This document shows positions 29,865-38,412 of a DNA stretch of 64,000 bases, in pieces. The notes below the pieces were generated by a model. The model was not told the DNA's origin. It worked only from the letters and a program-made list of their open reading frames with translations, and made no database searches. Where the stretch lies: contig OZ220732.1 in the NCBI GenBank assembly GCA_965116905.1, positions 2,496,001 to 2,560,000 of the forward strand, written 5' to 3'. The stretch comes from Longimicrobiales bacterium. Lineage in GTDB: Bacteria > Gemmatimonadota > Gemmatimonadetes > Longimicrobiales > Gaopeijiaceae. Each line of letters starts with the position of its first letter. Positions within the stretch are counted from its first letter, which is position 1. Position numbers and translations under genes: made by a program.

Positions 29865-30600
29865 TCAACCCCCAATCACCCCCAGCATCTCCCCCCGAAT
29901 CCGCCGCCAGTCCCGACCCAGGTCCACCGTCCGCGCCTGAATACGGAACCCCTCGAGCCACACCTCGGCCCTCAGCGGCTCGTCGCCCACCTGCGGATAC
30001 AGCAGGATGCCCTCGTGCCGTGCCCCGTCCGGCTGGGTGGCCTGGCGGTTCCGCAGGTACGCGAGCAGTTGGCGGCGTTCGGGTGACTCGAGGATGACGT
30101 CCGCTTCCATGACGGGGATCCGTGCGCGATTGGCGGCGTCCGTGGCGTCGGTGCCCGCCCAGTCGATCCGGCGGCGGCCTCCCGGATTCACCCGGTAGAG
30201 GCGCTGCTCGCGCTCGTAGAATCCCGTGACGAAGTCCTCGAAGAGCCTCCACATGGTGGCCTCGTCGCGTCGGAAGTCGCGGAAGGCGGTGTGGCCGGTC
30301 TTCTCGTCGACCATCGAGTTCCGGTGGAGGAGCCGGCACACCGAGAGCAGGTGGTGATAGACCCGGCGCTGGCCTCCGAGCTGGACCCGGGTGAAGGTGT
30401 TCCGCTTCAGCCGGACGCGCGACACGCCGTCGAGCCTGCGGTAGGCGGAGCGCACCTCGCCGCGGATGGATCGGTCGAGTGGGATCCGTGGGCTAGCAGG
30501 CTGCCCAGCGATGTGCGAAGGATGCGATTGGGCAGGATGTCCACCGACAGCTCCTCGAAGTCGCACGCGGCCCGGGCGCGTGACTGGCACCGCAAGTTGA
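29865..30600 (-). pseudogene. mcrC: Decayed mcrC
   Basis: Aligns to the intact McrC (CDFEELSVDILPNRILR, LFEDFVTGFYERE, MEADVIL, EGILLYP, TVDLGRDW) but is 5'-truncated, frameshifted near 30490 and lacks the D-x-K segment near 30071. Confidence 0.85.
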
Positions 30601-30790
30601 GCGATGCGAGGCACGCGTGGCAGGCCGACACCGACACGCTGATTCTGCTGGTCGCGGCCGGATTCCTGCTCTACCTTGTGAGACCACAGTCAGTGTGGTG
30701 GGGGTGGATTGGGGACGACATGACGTGGTCAGAACCGTGTGTCCACTCATGGGCACGGCACCGTAGCAACAAGGTCACAGAAAGCAATCA

Positions 30791-33034
30791 ATGCCCAAAC
30801 CATCCGCCGACCACCCCGCACTTCGCGCGGCCCGCCTTTGGCGCGATAGCTGCCTCTTGAACGAAGGATCCGTTTTCACCGAAAAGTCGCTCTGGACCTC
30901 GGACAATGTCGGATACCTAGTGCGCTACTACGTACAGAACCTGGACGATGGCGAGGGCGGGTTCTTCCAGAAGCTGGAGAGCCAATTGTCTAGGGCTCCC
31001 GCAAGCGCGAAGCAACTGGCGGCGGAGATGTTCTGGGTGATGTACCTGTTCTGTTCACCGGGATCAATGCAGCCCGGTACGAAGCGCCGCCAGATTCGCC
31101 AGGTCTGGGAATGGTCGGGCGAGCCACTTCCGGACGCCCCGTTTGAACTTGGGGAGGCACTTCAAGACGGCGTCGCCAACCCCGGCATGGCCTTCAATCA
31201 GCTTCGATGGAAGGAGTTTCTCTTTTTCATCGTCGCGATGAAGGCATGGACGGTGTCGTCAAGGCCGCAACGCGAGGCTCGGCTTGCAGACCCGTGGAGT
31301 CTCGCGGAGTGGCTGAAGGACCAGGACGAGACACGCACCCGTCAGCTGCGACACATGCTGTTGTACCTGCTCTTCCCAGATCACTTCGAGCCGTACGCTA
31401 CGGCGTTGCACAAAAGGACCATCGTGCGTGCGTTCACGAAGAAGTTCGGGGAAGATCCGGACCAAGTAGACTACAAAGACAGAATCGCCATTGACCGACA
31501 GCTTCTTGTCGTCCGCGAGAGGCTCCGAGCGGAAGGTGCAGCAGAGGATTTCGGTTTCCACGACGAGCCGTATCTGAAGGTTTGGCAGCCTGATACCGGA
31601 AAAGATGGCAGCGACGACGATCTTCCGACTCCCGAAAAGTCCGGTCGATGGTACCAGGAGAAGTTCGGGGAGGCTCGGGTGTGGGCGTTCGCGCCGGGTG
31701 CGGGTGCGCGGTACTGGGATGAATTCCAGGAGAAGGGGCTCATCGCCATTGGATGGGACCAACTGGGGGATCTTCGAGAGTTTGAAAGCAGGGAGGACAT
31801 CCACGAAGAACTCCGTGACATCCTCGACAAGCCGAATCCGCACAACGACTCGCTCGCATGCTATCAGTTTGCTCACGAGATGCGGCGCGGTGATTATGTG
31901 CTCGTCAAGCAAGGGCGCACGTTGCTGTTGGGCTATGGGGTCATCGAATCCGGCTATGAGTTTGACGAGAGCCGTCCCGAATTCCGACACACGCGGGCCG
32001 TGAAGTGGGAGAAGGCGGGTCGTTGGCGGTTCTCGAAGGAGCGTGCCATCACCACCAAGACCCTCACCGACTTCAGTCGCTACAAGCAGTGGCTTCATTT
32101 CGCCTTCCAACTCATGGAGGAGGGAGCGGACCCACCCCCGCCCCCCCCACCGGGCGACGAGCCCTACACTCGTGAAGCCGCTCTGAACGATCTCTTCCTC
32201 CCTGGAGCAGAGTTCGACCGTATCATCGACGCCCTGGAAAGGAAGAAGAACGTCGTCCTCGAAGGCCCTCCCGGTGTCGGCAAGACCTTCATAGCCAAGC
32301 GGCTGGCCTACCGGGTCATCGGATACAAGGCTCCCGAGAGGGTGCGGATGATCCAGTTCCACCAGAGCTACGCGTACGAGGATTTCATCCAGGGGTACCG
32401 GCCGACTGACGATGGGGGATTCGAGCTGCGCGACGGAGTGTTCCATACGTTCTGCCGGGAGGCGGCGGCGAATCCCAAAGACCGGTACGTCTTCATCATC
32501 GACGAGGTCAACCGCGGGAATCTCAGCAAGATCTTCGGTGAGCTGATGATGCTCATCGAGGCCGACAAACGGGGTGCCGAATACGCCGTTCCGCTGACGT
32601 ATTCGCCCGGTTCGGAGCCGTTCCACGTTCCCCCGAACCTCTACCTAATCGGGATGATGAACACGGCCGACCGGTCATTGGCGATGGTGGACTACGCGCT
32701 ACGTCGGCGGTTCGCGTTCATCCGCCTTCAGCCTGCTTTCGCGACCGACCAATTCAGCGATTTCCTCAACGCGGCAGAAGTGGAGGAGAATCTCGTCAAC
32801 AAAATCGTCGACCGGCTGTCGGCTCTGAACGAACGAATCCGTGCGGATCGTAAGAACCTCGGGCCGGGCTTCGAGATCGGACACAGCTTCTTCTGCCCGG
32901 GCGACGACGACGAGGGACTCGATGATTCCTGGTACGAGGCGATCGTCCGGCGTGAGATCGAGCCTCTGCTGCGGGAATACTGGTTCGACCGTCCCGAGCA
33001 CGTGGAGGAGCAAATCCGAGTACTACTGGCGTGA
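30791..33034 (+). CDS. mcrB: McrB family AAA+ GTPase with two N-terminal domains
   Basis: GPPGVGKT, QFHQSYAYEDFIQG, IDEVNRGN, MNTADRS, DYALRRRF, IGHSFF. Confidence 0.93.
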   Translation: MPKPSADHPALRAARLWRDSCLLNEGSVFTEKSLWTSDNVGYLVRYYVQNLDDGEGGFFQKLESQLSRAPASAKQLAAEMFWVMYLFCSPGSMQPGTKRRQIRQVWEWSGEPLPDAPFELGEALQDGVANPGMAFNQLRWKEFLFFIVAMKAWTVSSRPQREARLADPWSLAEWLKDQDETRTRQLRHMLLYLLFPDHFEPYATALHKRTIVRAFTKKFGEDPDQVDYKDRIAIDRQLLVVRERLRAEGAAEDFGFHDEPYLKVWQPDTGKDGSDDDLPTPEKSGRWYQEKFGEARVWAFAPGAGARYWDEFQEKGLIAIGWDQLGDLREFESREDIHEELRDILDKPNPHNDSLACYQFAHEMRRGDYVLVKQGRTLLLGYGVIESGYEFDESRPEFRHTRAVKWEKAGRWRFSKERAITTKTLTDFSRYKQWLHFAFQLMEEGADPPPPPPPGDEPYTREAALNDLFLPGAEFDRIIDALERKKNVVLEGPPGVGKTFIAKRLAYRVIGYKAPERVRMIQFHQSYAYEDFIQGYRPTDDGGFELRDGVFHTFCREAAANPKDRYVFIIDEVNRGNLSKIFGELMMLIEADKRGAEYAVPLTYSPGSEPFHVPPNLYLIGMMNTADRSLAMVDYALRRRFAFIRLQPAFATDQFSDFLNAAEVEENLVNKIVDRLSALNERIRADRKNLGPGFEIGHSFFCPGDDDEGLDDSWYEAIVRREIEPLLREYWFDRPEHVEEQIRVLLA

Positions 33035-34092
33035 AGATTCCGGTCAGGAACATCTACTATCTCCTCTGCTACGCTTGGGACCACGTGAGGGAAGGGGAGA
33101 CGGTCGATGTCGAGTCCGAGCAGTTTGGGGGGCTGGTCGACCTGTTCGCCAAGGTGTTGAACGAGGGCGCGTCGCGGCTCGTTTCGCGCGGCCTCGATCG
33201 TGACTACCTCGTCGTCCACGAGGATGTCCGGGGCCTCAAGGGAAAGCTCGATTTCGCGACCACGATCAAGAGGAACCTGCTCCTGAACGGCAAGACGCAC
33301 TGCGCCTTCGACGAACTTAGCCATGACGTGCCGCAGAACCAGATCCTCAGAGCGACGCTGCGCGGGCTGGCCTTGGTGCCCGCCCTCGACCCGGCCCTGA
33401 GACGGCATACCGAGCGCCTCTACCGGAAGCTGGACGCCGTCTCCGATGTCCCTCTGACCACGAGTCTGTTCCGCACCGTCCGCGTCCACCGGAACAACCG
33501 GTTCTACAGCTTCCTCCTGCACCTCTGCCGCATCATCCACGAGAATCTCCTGGTGAATCAGGAGCAGGGGACGGCGGAGTTCAACGACTTCCGCGAGGAC
33601 GAACACCAGATGGGGCTCCTCTTCCAGGAGTTCGTGAGGACCTTCTGTGAGCGCGAGACAGACTACAAGGTGAGCGCCCCGAAGATCGACTGGTTCGGTG
33701 CGGAGGCGAGCGAGACCGATCTGCGCCACCTGCCCCGCATGCAGACGGACATCGTGCTGCGGTCGCCGACGCGCACGATCATCGTGGACACCAAGTTCTA
33801 CAAGAACCCGCTGGACACGCGGTGGGAGGGCGAGCGGGTGAACGCGGGGAACCTGTACCAGGTCTTCTCCTATGTGACGAACTGGACAGCGAGGGCAGAG
33901 GCGGGCGAGCCCGAACCGGAAGGGTGGTTGCTGTATGCGGCGGTGGACGGCGGATTCGACTACCGGTTCGAGTTGATGGAGCGGCCGGTGCGGGTGTGCT
34001 CGGTGGATCTGGGGCAGAAGTGGAGGGGGATTGAGCGGGACTTGAGGGAGTTGGTGGGAAGCGCGGCGCCGATGCCGCTTCATCAGGTGTAG
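33031..34092 (+). CDS. mcrC: McrC family PD-(D/E)xK nuclease
   Basis: IPVRNIYYLLCYAW, LFQEFV, MQTDIVL...VDTKFY, NLYQVFSY; GTGA overlap with mcrB. Confidence 0.93.
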   Translation: MKIPVRNIYYLLCYAWDHVREGETVDVESEQFGGLVDLFAKVLNEGASRLVSRGLDRDYLVVHEDVRGLKGKLDFATTIKRNLLLNGKTHCAFDELSHDVPQNQILRATLRGLALVPALDPALRRHTERLYRKLDAVSDVPLTTSLFRTVRVHRNNRFYSFLLHLCRIIHENLLVNQEQGTAEFNDFREDEHQMGLLFQEFVRTFCERETDYKVSAPKIDWFGAEASETDLRHLPRMQTDIVLRSPTRTIIVDTKFYKNPLDTRWEGERVNAGNLYQVFSYVTNWTARAEAGEPEPEGWLLYAAVDGGFDYRFELMERPVRVCSVDLGQKWRGIERDLRELVGSAAPMPLHQV

Positions 34093-34198
34093 CGAGTCGC
34101 GTTAGCGTTTTCTGTGTGTGGGCCGTCGCTACTGCGAGCGACGTAGGCGTTCCGCACCCGGGGGGTGAGCAGGAGGGCGTGCCCCCACTGGTCCCTCG

Positions 34199-35101
34199 TC
34201 ACCCCTTGAATACATGCTCCCGATGATACTCTAGAAACCGCCGATGTGGCCGGTAGGTTTCTTGCTCCGGTAGCCGCAACTGCCCGTTCGGGTTCACCAG
34301 CGACAGTACGTTGCCGGGGATCGCGTTCCTCTTGAAGAGCAGGGTGTAGTCGTCGTCGACTGAGATCAGGCCGCGGTCGAACATCCAGTGAAAGGTGGAG
34401 CTCAGCGCGACGCCATTCCGGAGGCTGTCCGGTCCGTTGGCGTGCACGGGCCGGATGTGCGCGGCTTGGGCCTCGGCGCGCCCGCCGCCGTTGATGATCC
34501 GAAGACCGCTGATCGCGCAGGTGTTGTCGTAGGCCCGCTTGATCCCCGTGGCGAACACCCGGTCGCGAAAAGGTCGTCGTGAGAGTCGCTCGATGATGGG
34601 CCGGTCCGTCAGCTCCAGCCCACCGGGATCGGTGTGAATCCCTTCGCGGATACCGAATCGTTCGCGCCGGGCGGTCGCGGTCTCGAACCCGGCCGCCAGG
34701 ATCAGACTGTACTCGGCATCTGGCAGGAGCCGGACCGAACGCCCGAAAGCGCCCTTGTTCACCGAACCGTCTTCCTTCTGGAGTCCGCTCTCGTAAAAGA
34801 AGCCGTCCTCGCGGAAGGGCACTGGACGGTCGAATTCCAGATAGTCCGCGACATAGGCGTAGTAGTGATCGGTTCTCAGCGGATCGGCATCGATGCTCAC
34901 GATCCGGGCCGTCGCGAAATAAGACTGACGCCCTCCGCTACTGGAAAGGTGGGAGCTGGAGCGGCGAGGCTCGTAGTAGACGATCCAGTTGCCGACCGCG
35001 GCCCGCGCCGCGTTCAGGTAGGTGCGCGGGAAGTGGTATCGCTCCTCGGGAAGGTCGTCGTAGGACGGGTCAACTTTGGTGGTCAGGACGGCTTTGGGCA
35101 T
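34199..35101 (-). CDS. HNH endonuclease with putative PUA/EVE-like N-terminal reader
   Basis: RDRVF...AYDNTCAISG, EAQAAHIRPV..GPDSLRNGVALSSTFHWMFDRGLI; N-domain YDD.PEERYHFP, WIVYYE, YFATARI. Confidence 0.85.
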   Translation of the reverse strand: MPKAVLTTKVDPSYDDLPEERYHFPRTYLNAARAAVGNWIVYYEPRRSSSHLSSSGGRQSYFATARIVSIDADPLRTDHYYAYVADYLEFDRPVPFREDGFFYESGLQKEDGSVNKGAFGRSVRLLPDAEYSLILAAGFETATARRERFGIREGIHTDPGGLELTDRPIIERLSRRPFRDRVFATGIKRAYDNTCAISGLRIINGGGRAEAQAAHIRPVHANGPDSLRNGVALSSTFHWMFDRGLISVDDDYTLLFKRNAIPGNVLSLVNPNGQLRLPEQETYRPHRRFLEYHREHVFKG

Positions 35102-35108
35102 GGGTGGT

Positions 35109-35633
35109 TCAATACCCCCACGGGACCGGAATGCCCGGCTCCACCGGGCCGACCAGGTCGTCTGCGATGTCGGTCTCGACCAGGTTCCGGCAGATCCAGA
35201 TCCGGCACTTGGGAGAGTCGGTGCCGTTGCCCGGTTGAAAGACGAAGATCGCGAGTGCGCCGGTGTTTTCGGGATCGCGCAGCGGGGATGAGGTGCCGAG
35301 ATTGGTGATGCGTATCTGGGCCTGTGGTCTGCCCAAGAGGCCGTCGCCGATGTGCGGAACGCCCCGGACGCGGTGCTCCTGGACTCCGTGAGAGTCGATC
35401 TCGATGTCGAATTCGACGGTGGACGTTCCGCCATCCTCATCTAGCGACGAGAACGCGGGTTTGAGGAGGTCTCTCGGAACGCAGGGGCCAGGCTGCCGCG
35501 TTTGGGTGGCCGAGGTCTCGGTGCCGGAGAGGAACTTGGCGTGCCAGATCCAGCTGGCCCCGATCCAACGCGCGATCCAGTCCCTGAGTCGGTCGGTTTC
35601 GATCGGGCTGTATTGGTGGGGTGTTGTTTCCAT
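35109..35633 (-). CDS. Stand-alone EcoRII N-terminal effector-binding (B3-like) domain
   Basis: KFLSGTETSAT, IDSH, RIT..G..SPLRDPENTGALAIFVF, IWICR..E.DI.....GPVEPG parallel the EcoRII-N sequence as recalled; no catalytic domain follows. Confidence 0.75.
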   Translation of the reverse strand: METTPHQYSPIETDRLRDWIARWIGASWIWHAKFLSGTETSATQTRQPGPCVPRDLLKPAFSSLDEDGGTSTVEFDIEIDSHGVQEHRVRGVPHIGDGLLGRPQAQIRITNLGTSSPLRDPENTGALAIFVFQPGNGTDSPKCRIWICRNLVETDIADDLVGPVEPGIPVPWGY

Positions 35634-35814
35634 TGCGAGGCCTCCCGGGTCGGCTCTGCGTTAACCTGGTGTCGGTCGACGGGAGCGCAACAGTGTCCGG
35701 GTATCCAACTGTCGTTCGGCAGCCGAGATGTGGGAGCGGCCACCCGTGGGACGATTGTTGGTGCTTGGTGGAACTGCCATTTGACCTAACCGTGACGCCA
35801 GCCCAGGATTACGC

Positions 35815-36762
35815 ATGAGATATGATGATCCTGGAACGGCCGCCAGTGGGACCATCTTCGACCGGCGGTACGACGCGCAGGTTCGGACCGCGACCTTCGA
35901 ATGGCTGAATAGCCGGCGGTCTGAGCTGGGAGATGTCTTGCCCCGTACCGTGCTCGCGCGGGGCTTCGAGTTCCGGGGGAAGAGAATCTATGTCATAGGC
36001 CCGCAGGGGATCTTCAAGCCTGCTGCGCTACGAATCCCCTTGTCAATTACGACAAGCCCCAAGGGGCCCTACCGGGATGAATTCGGCCCGGATGGTTTCC
36101 TCCGATACCGATACCGAGAGACGGGCCCTGACCATCGTGACAACGTTGGCTTGCGAGAGGCGATGCTGAATGCCTTGCCGCTGGTGTACTTCCATGGCAT
36201 TCTCCCCGGGAGATATGTGGCGGTCTGGCCAGTGTTTGTGGTTGCAGATTCGCGGAGCGGACGAGCTTTCTCCATCGCGGTGGACGACCCGGCTCATTTG
36301 GGCCTCTCCGGCGGGGTCGGAGAGGGGGCTCGGGTACGGCGCGAGTACGTGACGGTGCAGACGCGTCGCCGGCTTCACCAACAGGCCTTCCGTGAGCGGG
36401 TTTTGAGAGCTTATCAGCACCAATGCACGCTTTGCCAGCTCCGGCGTGACGAATTGCTCGACGCGGCCCATATCGTCCCGGATTCCGAGCCGGAGGGAGT
36501 GGCTAGCGTGAACAACGGTCTGGCACTATGCCGGTTGCACCACGCTGCCTTTGACCGGTTCTTCGTAGGCGTACGACCAAACTATGTCATCGAGGTTCGC
36601 CAGGACGTGATGGCTGAGCGTGATGGTCCGACTCTGCGACACGCGATCCAAGGACTGAATGGGCGCCGCATCGTCCTGCCCAGGCGGAAGGTCAACTACC
36701 CGGATCCCGAGGCGCTGTCGAAGCGCTATGAGCGGTTTCGGGAGAAGGCGAGGGCCTCGTAG
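35815..36762 (+). CDS. HNH endonuclease with putative SRA-like N-terminal domain
   Basis: RRLHQQAFRERVLRAYQHQCTLC, LLDAAHI, NGLALCRLHHAAFD; N-domain PYRD..GFLRYRY..DNVGLREA..PLVYF. Confidence 0.85.
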   Translation: MRYDDPGTAASGTIFDRRYDAQVRTATFEWLNSRRSELGDVLPRTVLARGFEFRGKRIYVIGPQGIFKPAALRIPLSITTSPKGPYRDEFGPDGFLRYRYRETGPDHRDNVGLREAMLNALPLVYFHGILPGRYVAVWPVFVVADSRSGRAFSIAVDDPAHLGLSGGVGEGARVRREYVTVQTRRRLHQQAFRERVLRAYQHQCTLCQLRRDELLDAAHIVPDSEPEGVASVNNGLALCRLHHAAFDRFFVGVRPNYVIEVRQDVMAERDGPTLRHAIQGLNGRRIVLPRRKVNYPDPEALSKRYERFREKARAS

Positions 36763-36912
36763 CATTGGCTCTTTGGTCGAGGGCTGACCGTAGGCAAGAA
36801 GCGTCGGTTGGGAGGAGCGTGAGAGTACGAACCTTCCAGCCGTAGTGCAGCGTGCGTAGCTGGAGTGTCACAATCCGACTCGGTCCGGTACGGATTAGAC
36901 CATACGACCGAT

Positions 36913-38412
36913 CTAATCGTCGTCCGGCGCCTCATAATCATAGAGCCCCGTCGGCCCTCGCGACCCGCGTGGCAACGGCGCTATGTCCTCCGGGAGGATG
37001 GGATCCGGTATCTCTATGGCGGGATTCGACAATCCAAGGGCAGGCAGCAGGAAGACAATGTCGGTGTCAGTCGGCGGCACCGACGATGATCCCCTCGCTC
37101 CGAGTTGCTTCGCGGTGGATCCAATCGATGTGGAAGTCCCCGGAACAAGCAAGTCGACATAGCGCCCGAAGTGCGGCCGCGGGTGCTGCCCGAATCGGCG
37201 GCGGAAACCGTCAAGTTGCGATCCACCCCCGACCAGAATCACACGAACATCTTTCCAGCGGTCGGTGTTCTTCTCCTTCTTGTAGGCGTCACCGAAGCTC
37301 GCGCTGTATGCGTCGAAACTGCGTGCAGCCACCTCGTCCGCGGCCTGGTCCAAGTCACTTGGATCGAGGGGCCGGCACCCCTCGCCCATGCGCACTTGTC
37401 GGTCAGCATGTAGCTCGGGCTTTGCCTCCCGAACCACCGGAAACAGAAGAGCCCTGTCGGTGTCCGACACCGCCAAGATGTCGAGTAGTCTATCGTCGAT
37501 ATCGTCGCACCCGACAAGAGCAGTCTTGGCTGAAAAGAAGAAGACGCAGTCTTCTTCCTCGGAACGGCGCAATTTGAACCACCCCAGGTCCGTCGTTCCC
37601 GCGCCGATGTCCACGATCGCGGTGTATCTTCGACTGTTGGGTACAGTGGACGCTAAAGCCGCCTCGCCCCCCTTAACGACTGCCGACGATTCGGGGACGA
37701 GCTCCCACCGCTTGTGCTCCCGGTCTGGCGAGCCGGTGCTTTCCCTGTTGAGGATTTCAATCCAGCGGTGCCAGAGAGCAGGATAGTCGTCTAGTTGCAG
37801 GTCGTCCGTCTCTGCGAAGTCCACGGCGGCGTCGAGAGCCGTCTGGTATCCGCGCTGGATTGGACCACCGTCCAGCTGCGACACCGGGATATCGAGATTG
37901 TATCGGAACTCGGAATTCGCGCCGTACTCTTCCATCGCCAACTCGCGGACTTGACCGAGGACCGCACTGAGATACACAGCGACAAGAAAGTGAGGATGTG
38001 TGCCGAGCGCCTGGGGAACCGGAGGCACTTCGGATGCGGCCAGGTGGCGCGGGTTCCCGTTGGTGGTAATCAGTGTTCGCTTGAGCGAGCGAAACACGGT
38101 GTCCGTGTCATGCTTCTCTGCCTCCACACCGAAGAGAAAACGAGAGTCGGTGAGGGCGATGGTAGACGGGAAGCTGAACCGTGAGAAGCCGGGCCGATCG
38201 GTGCCGAAATCAACGGCCCACGCCGGACGGCCCTTATCCAGCGAGCGGACGACCACTTTCGTCCCCGAGGTCCCGAAGTCGAGACCGATGAAGACGAACG
38301 CCACCGGCGCTACGGTCGCAGGAGGAGTCGCTTCCCCCTCGATCGAAGCGTGGGCAGTGCCACGCGGACGCCCGATGCGGAAGAGGCGGAGTAAGGAGCG
38401 CAGCCAGCTCAT
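36913..38412 (-). CDS. Actin/Hsp70-fold (ASKHA) ATPase, nucleotide-binding domain only
   Basis: Phosphate-1 IGLDFGTSGTKV, connect VPESSAVV, phosphate-2 VDIGAGTTDL, adenosine ILVGGGSQL; no room for a DnaK substrate domain. Confidence 0.8.
   Translation of the reverse strand: MSWLRSLLRLFRIGRPRGTAHASIEGEATPPATVAPVAFVFIGLDFGTSGTKVVVRSLDKGRPAWAVDFGTDRPGFSRFSFPSTIALTDSRFLFGVEAEKHDTDTVFRSLKRTLITTNGNPRHLAASEVPPVPQALGTHPHFLVAVYLSAVLGQVRELAMEEYGANSEFRYNLDIPVSQLDGGPIQRGYQTALDAAVDFAETDDLQLDDYPALWHRWIEILNRESTGSPDREHKRWELVPESSAVVKGGEAALASTVPNSRRYTAIVDIGAGTTDLGWFKLRRSEEEDCVFFFSAKTALVGCDDIDDRLLDILAVSDTDRALLFPVVREAKPELHADRQVRMGEGCRPLDPSDLDQAADEVAARSFDAYSASFGDAYKKEKNTDRWKDVRVILVGGGSQLDGFRRRFGQHPRPHFGRYVDLLVPGTSTSIGSTAKQLGARGSSSVPPTDTDIVFLLPALGLSNPAIEIPDPILPEDIAPLPRGSRGPTGLYDYEAPDDD

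Noticed and set aside
35109..35633. Complete EcoRII restriction-modification system
   Set aside because: No catalytic domain and no C5 methyltransferase in the window.
36913..38412. dnaK, mreB or ftsA assignment
   Set aside because: No substrate-binding domain, no co-chaperone or division neighbours, and only the generic ASKHA motifs match.
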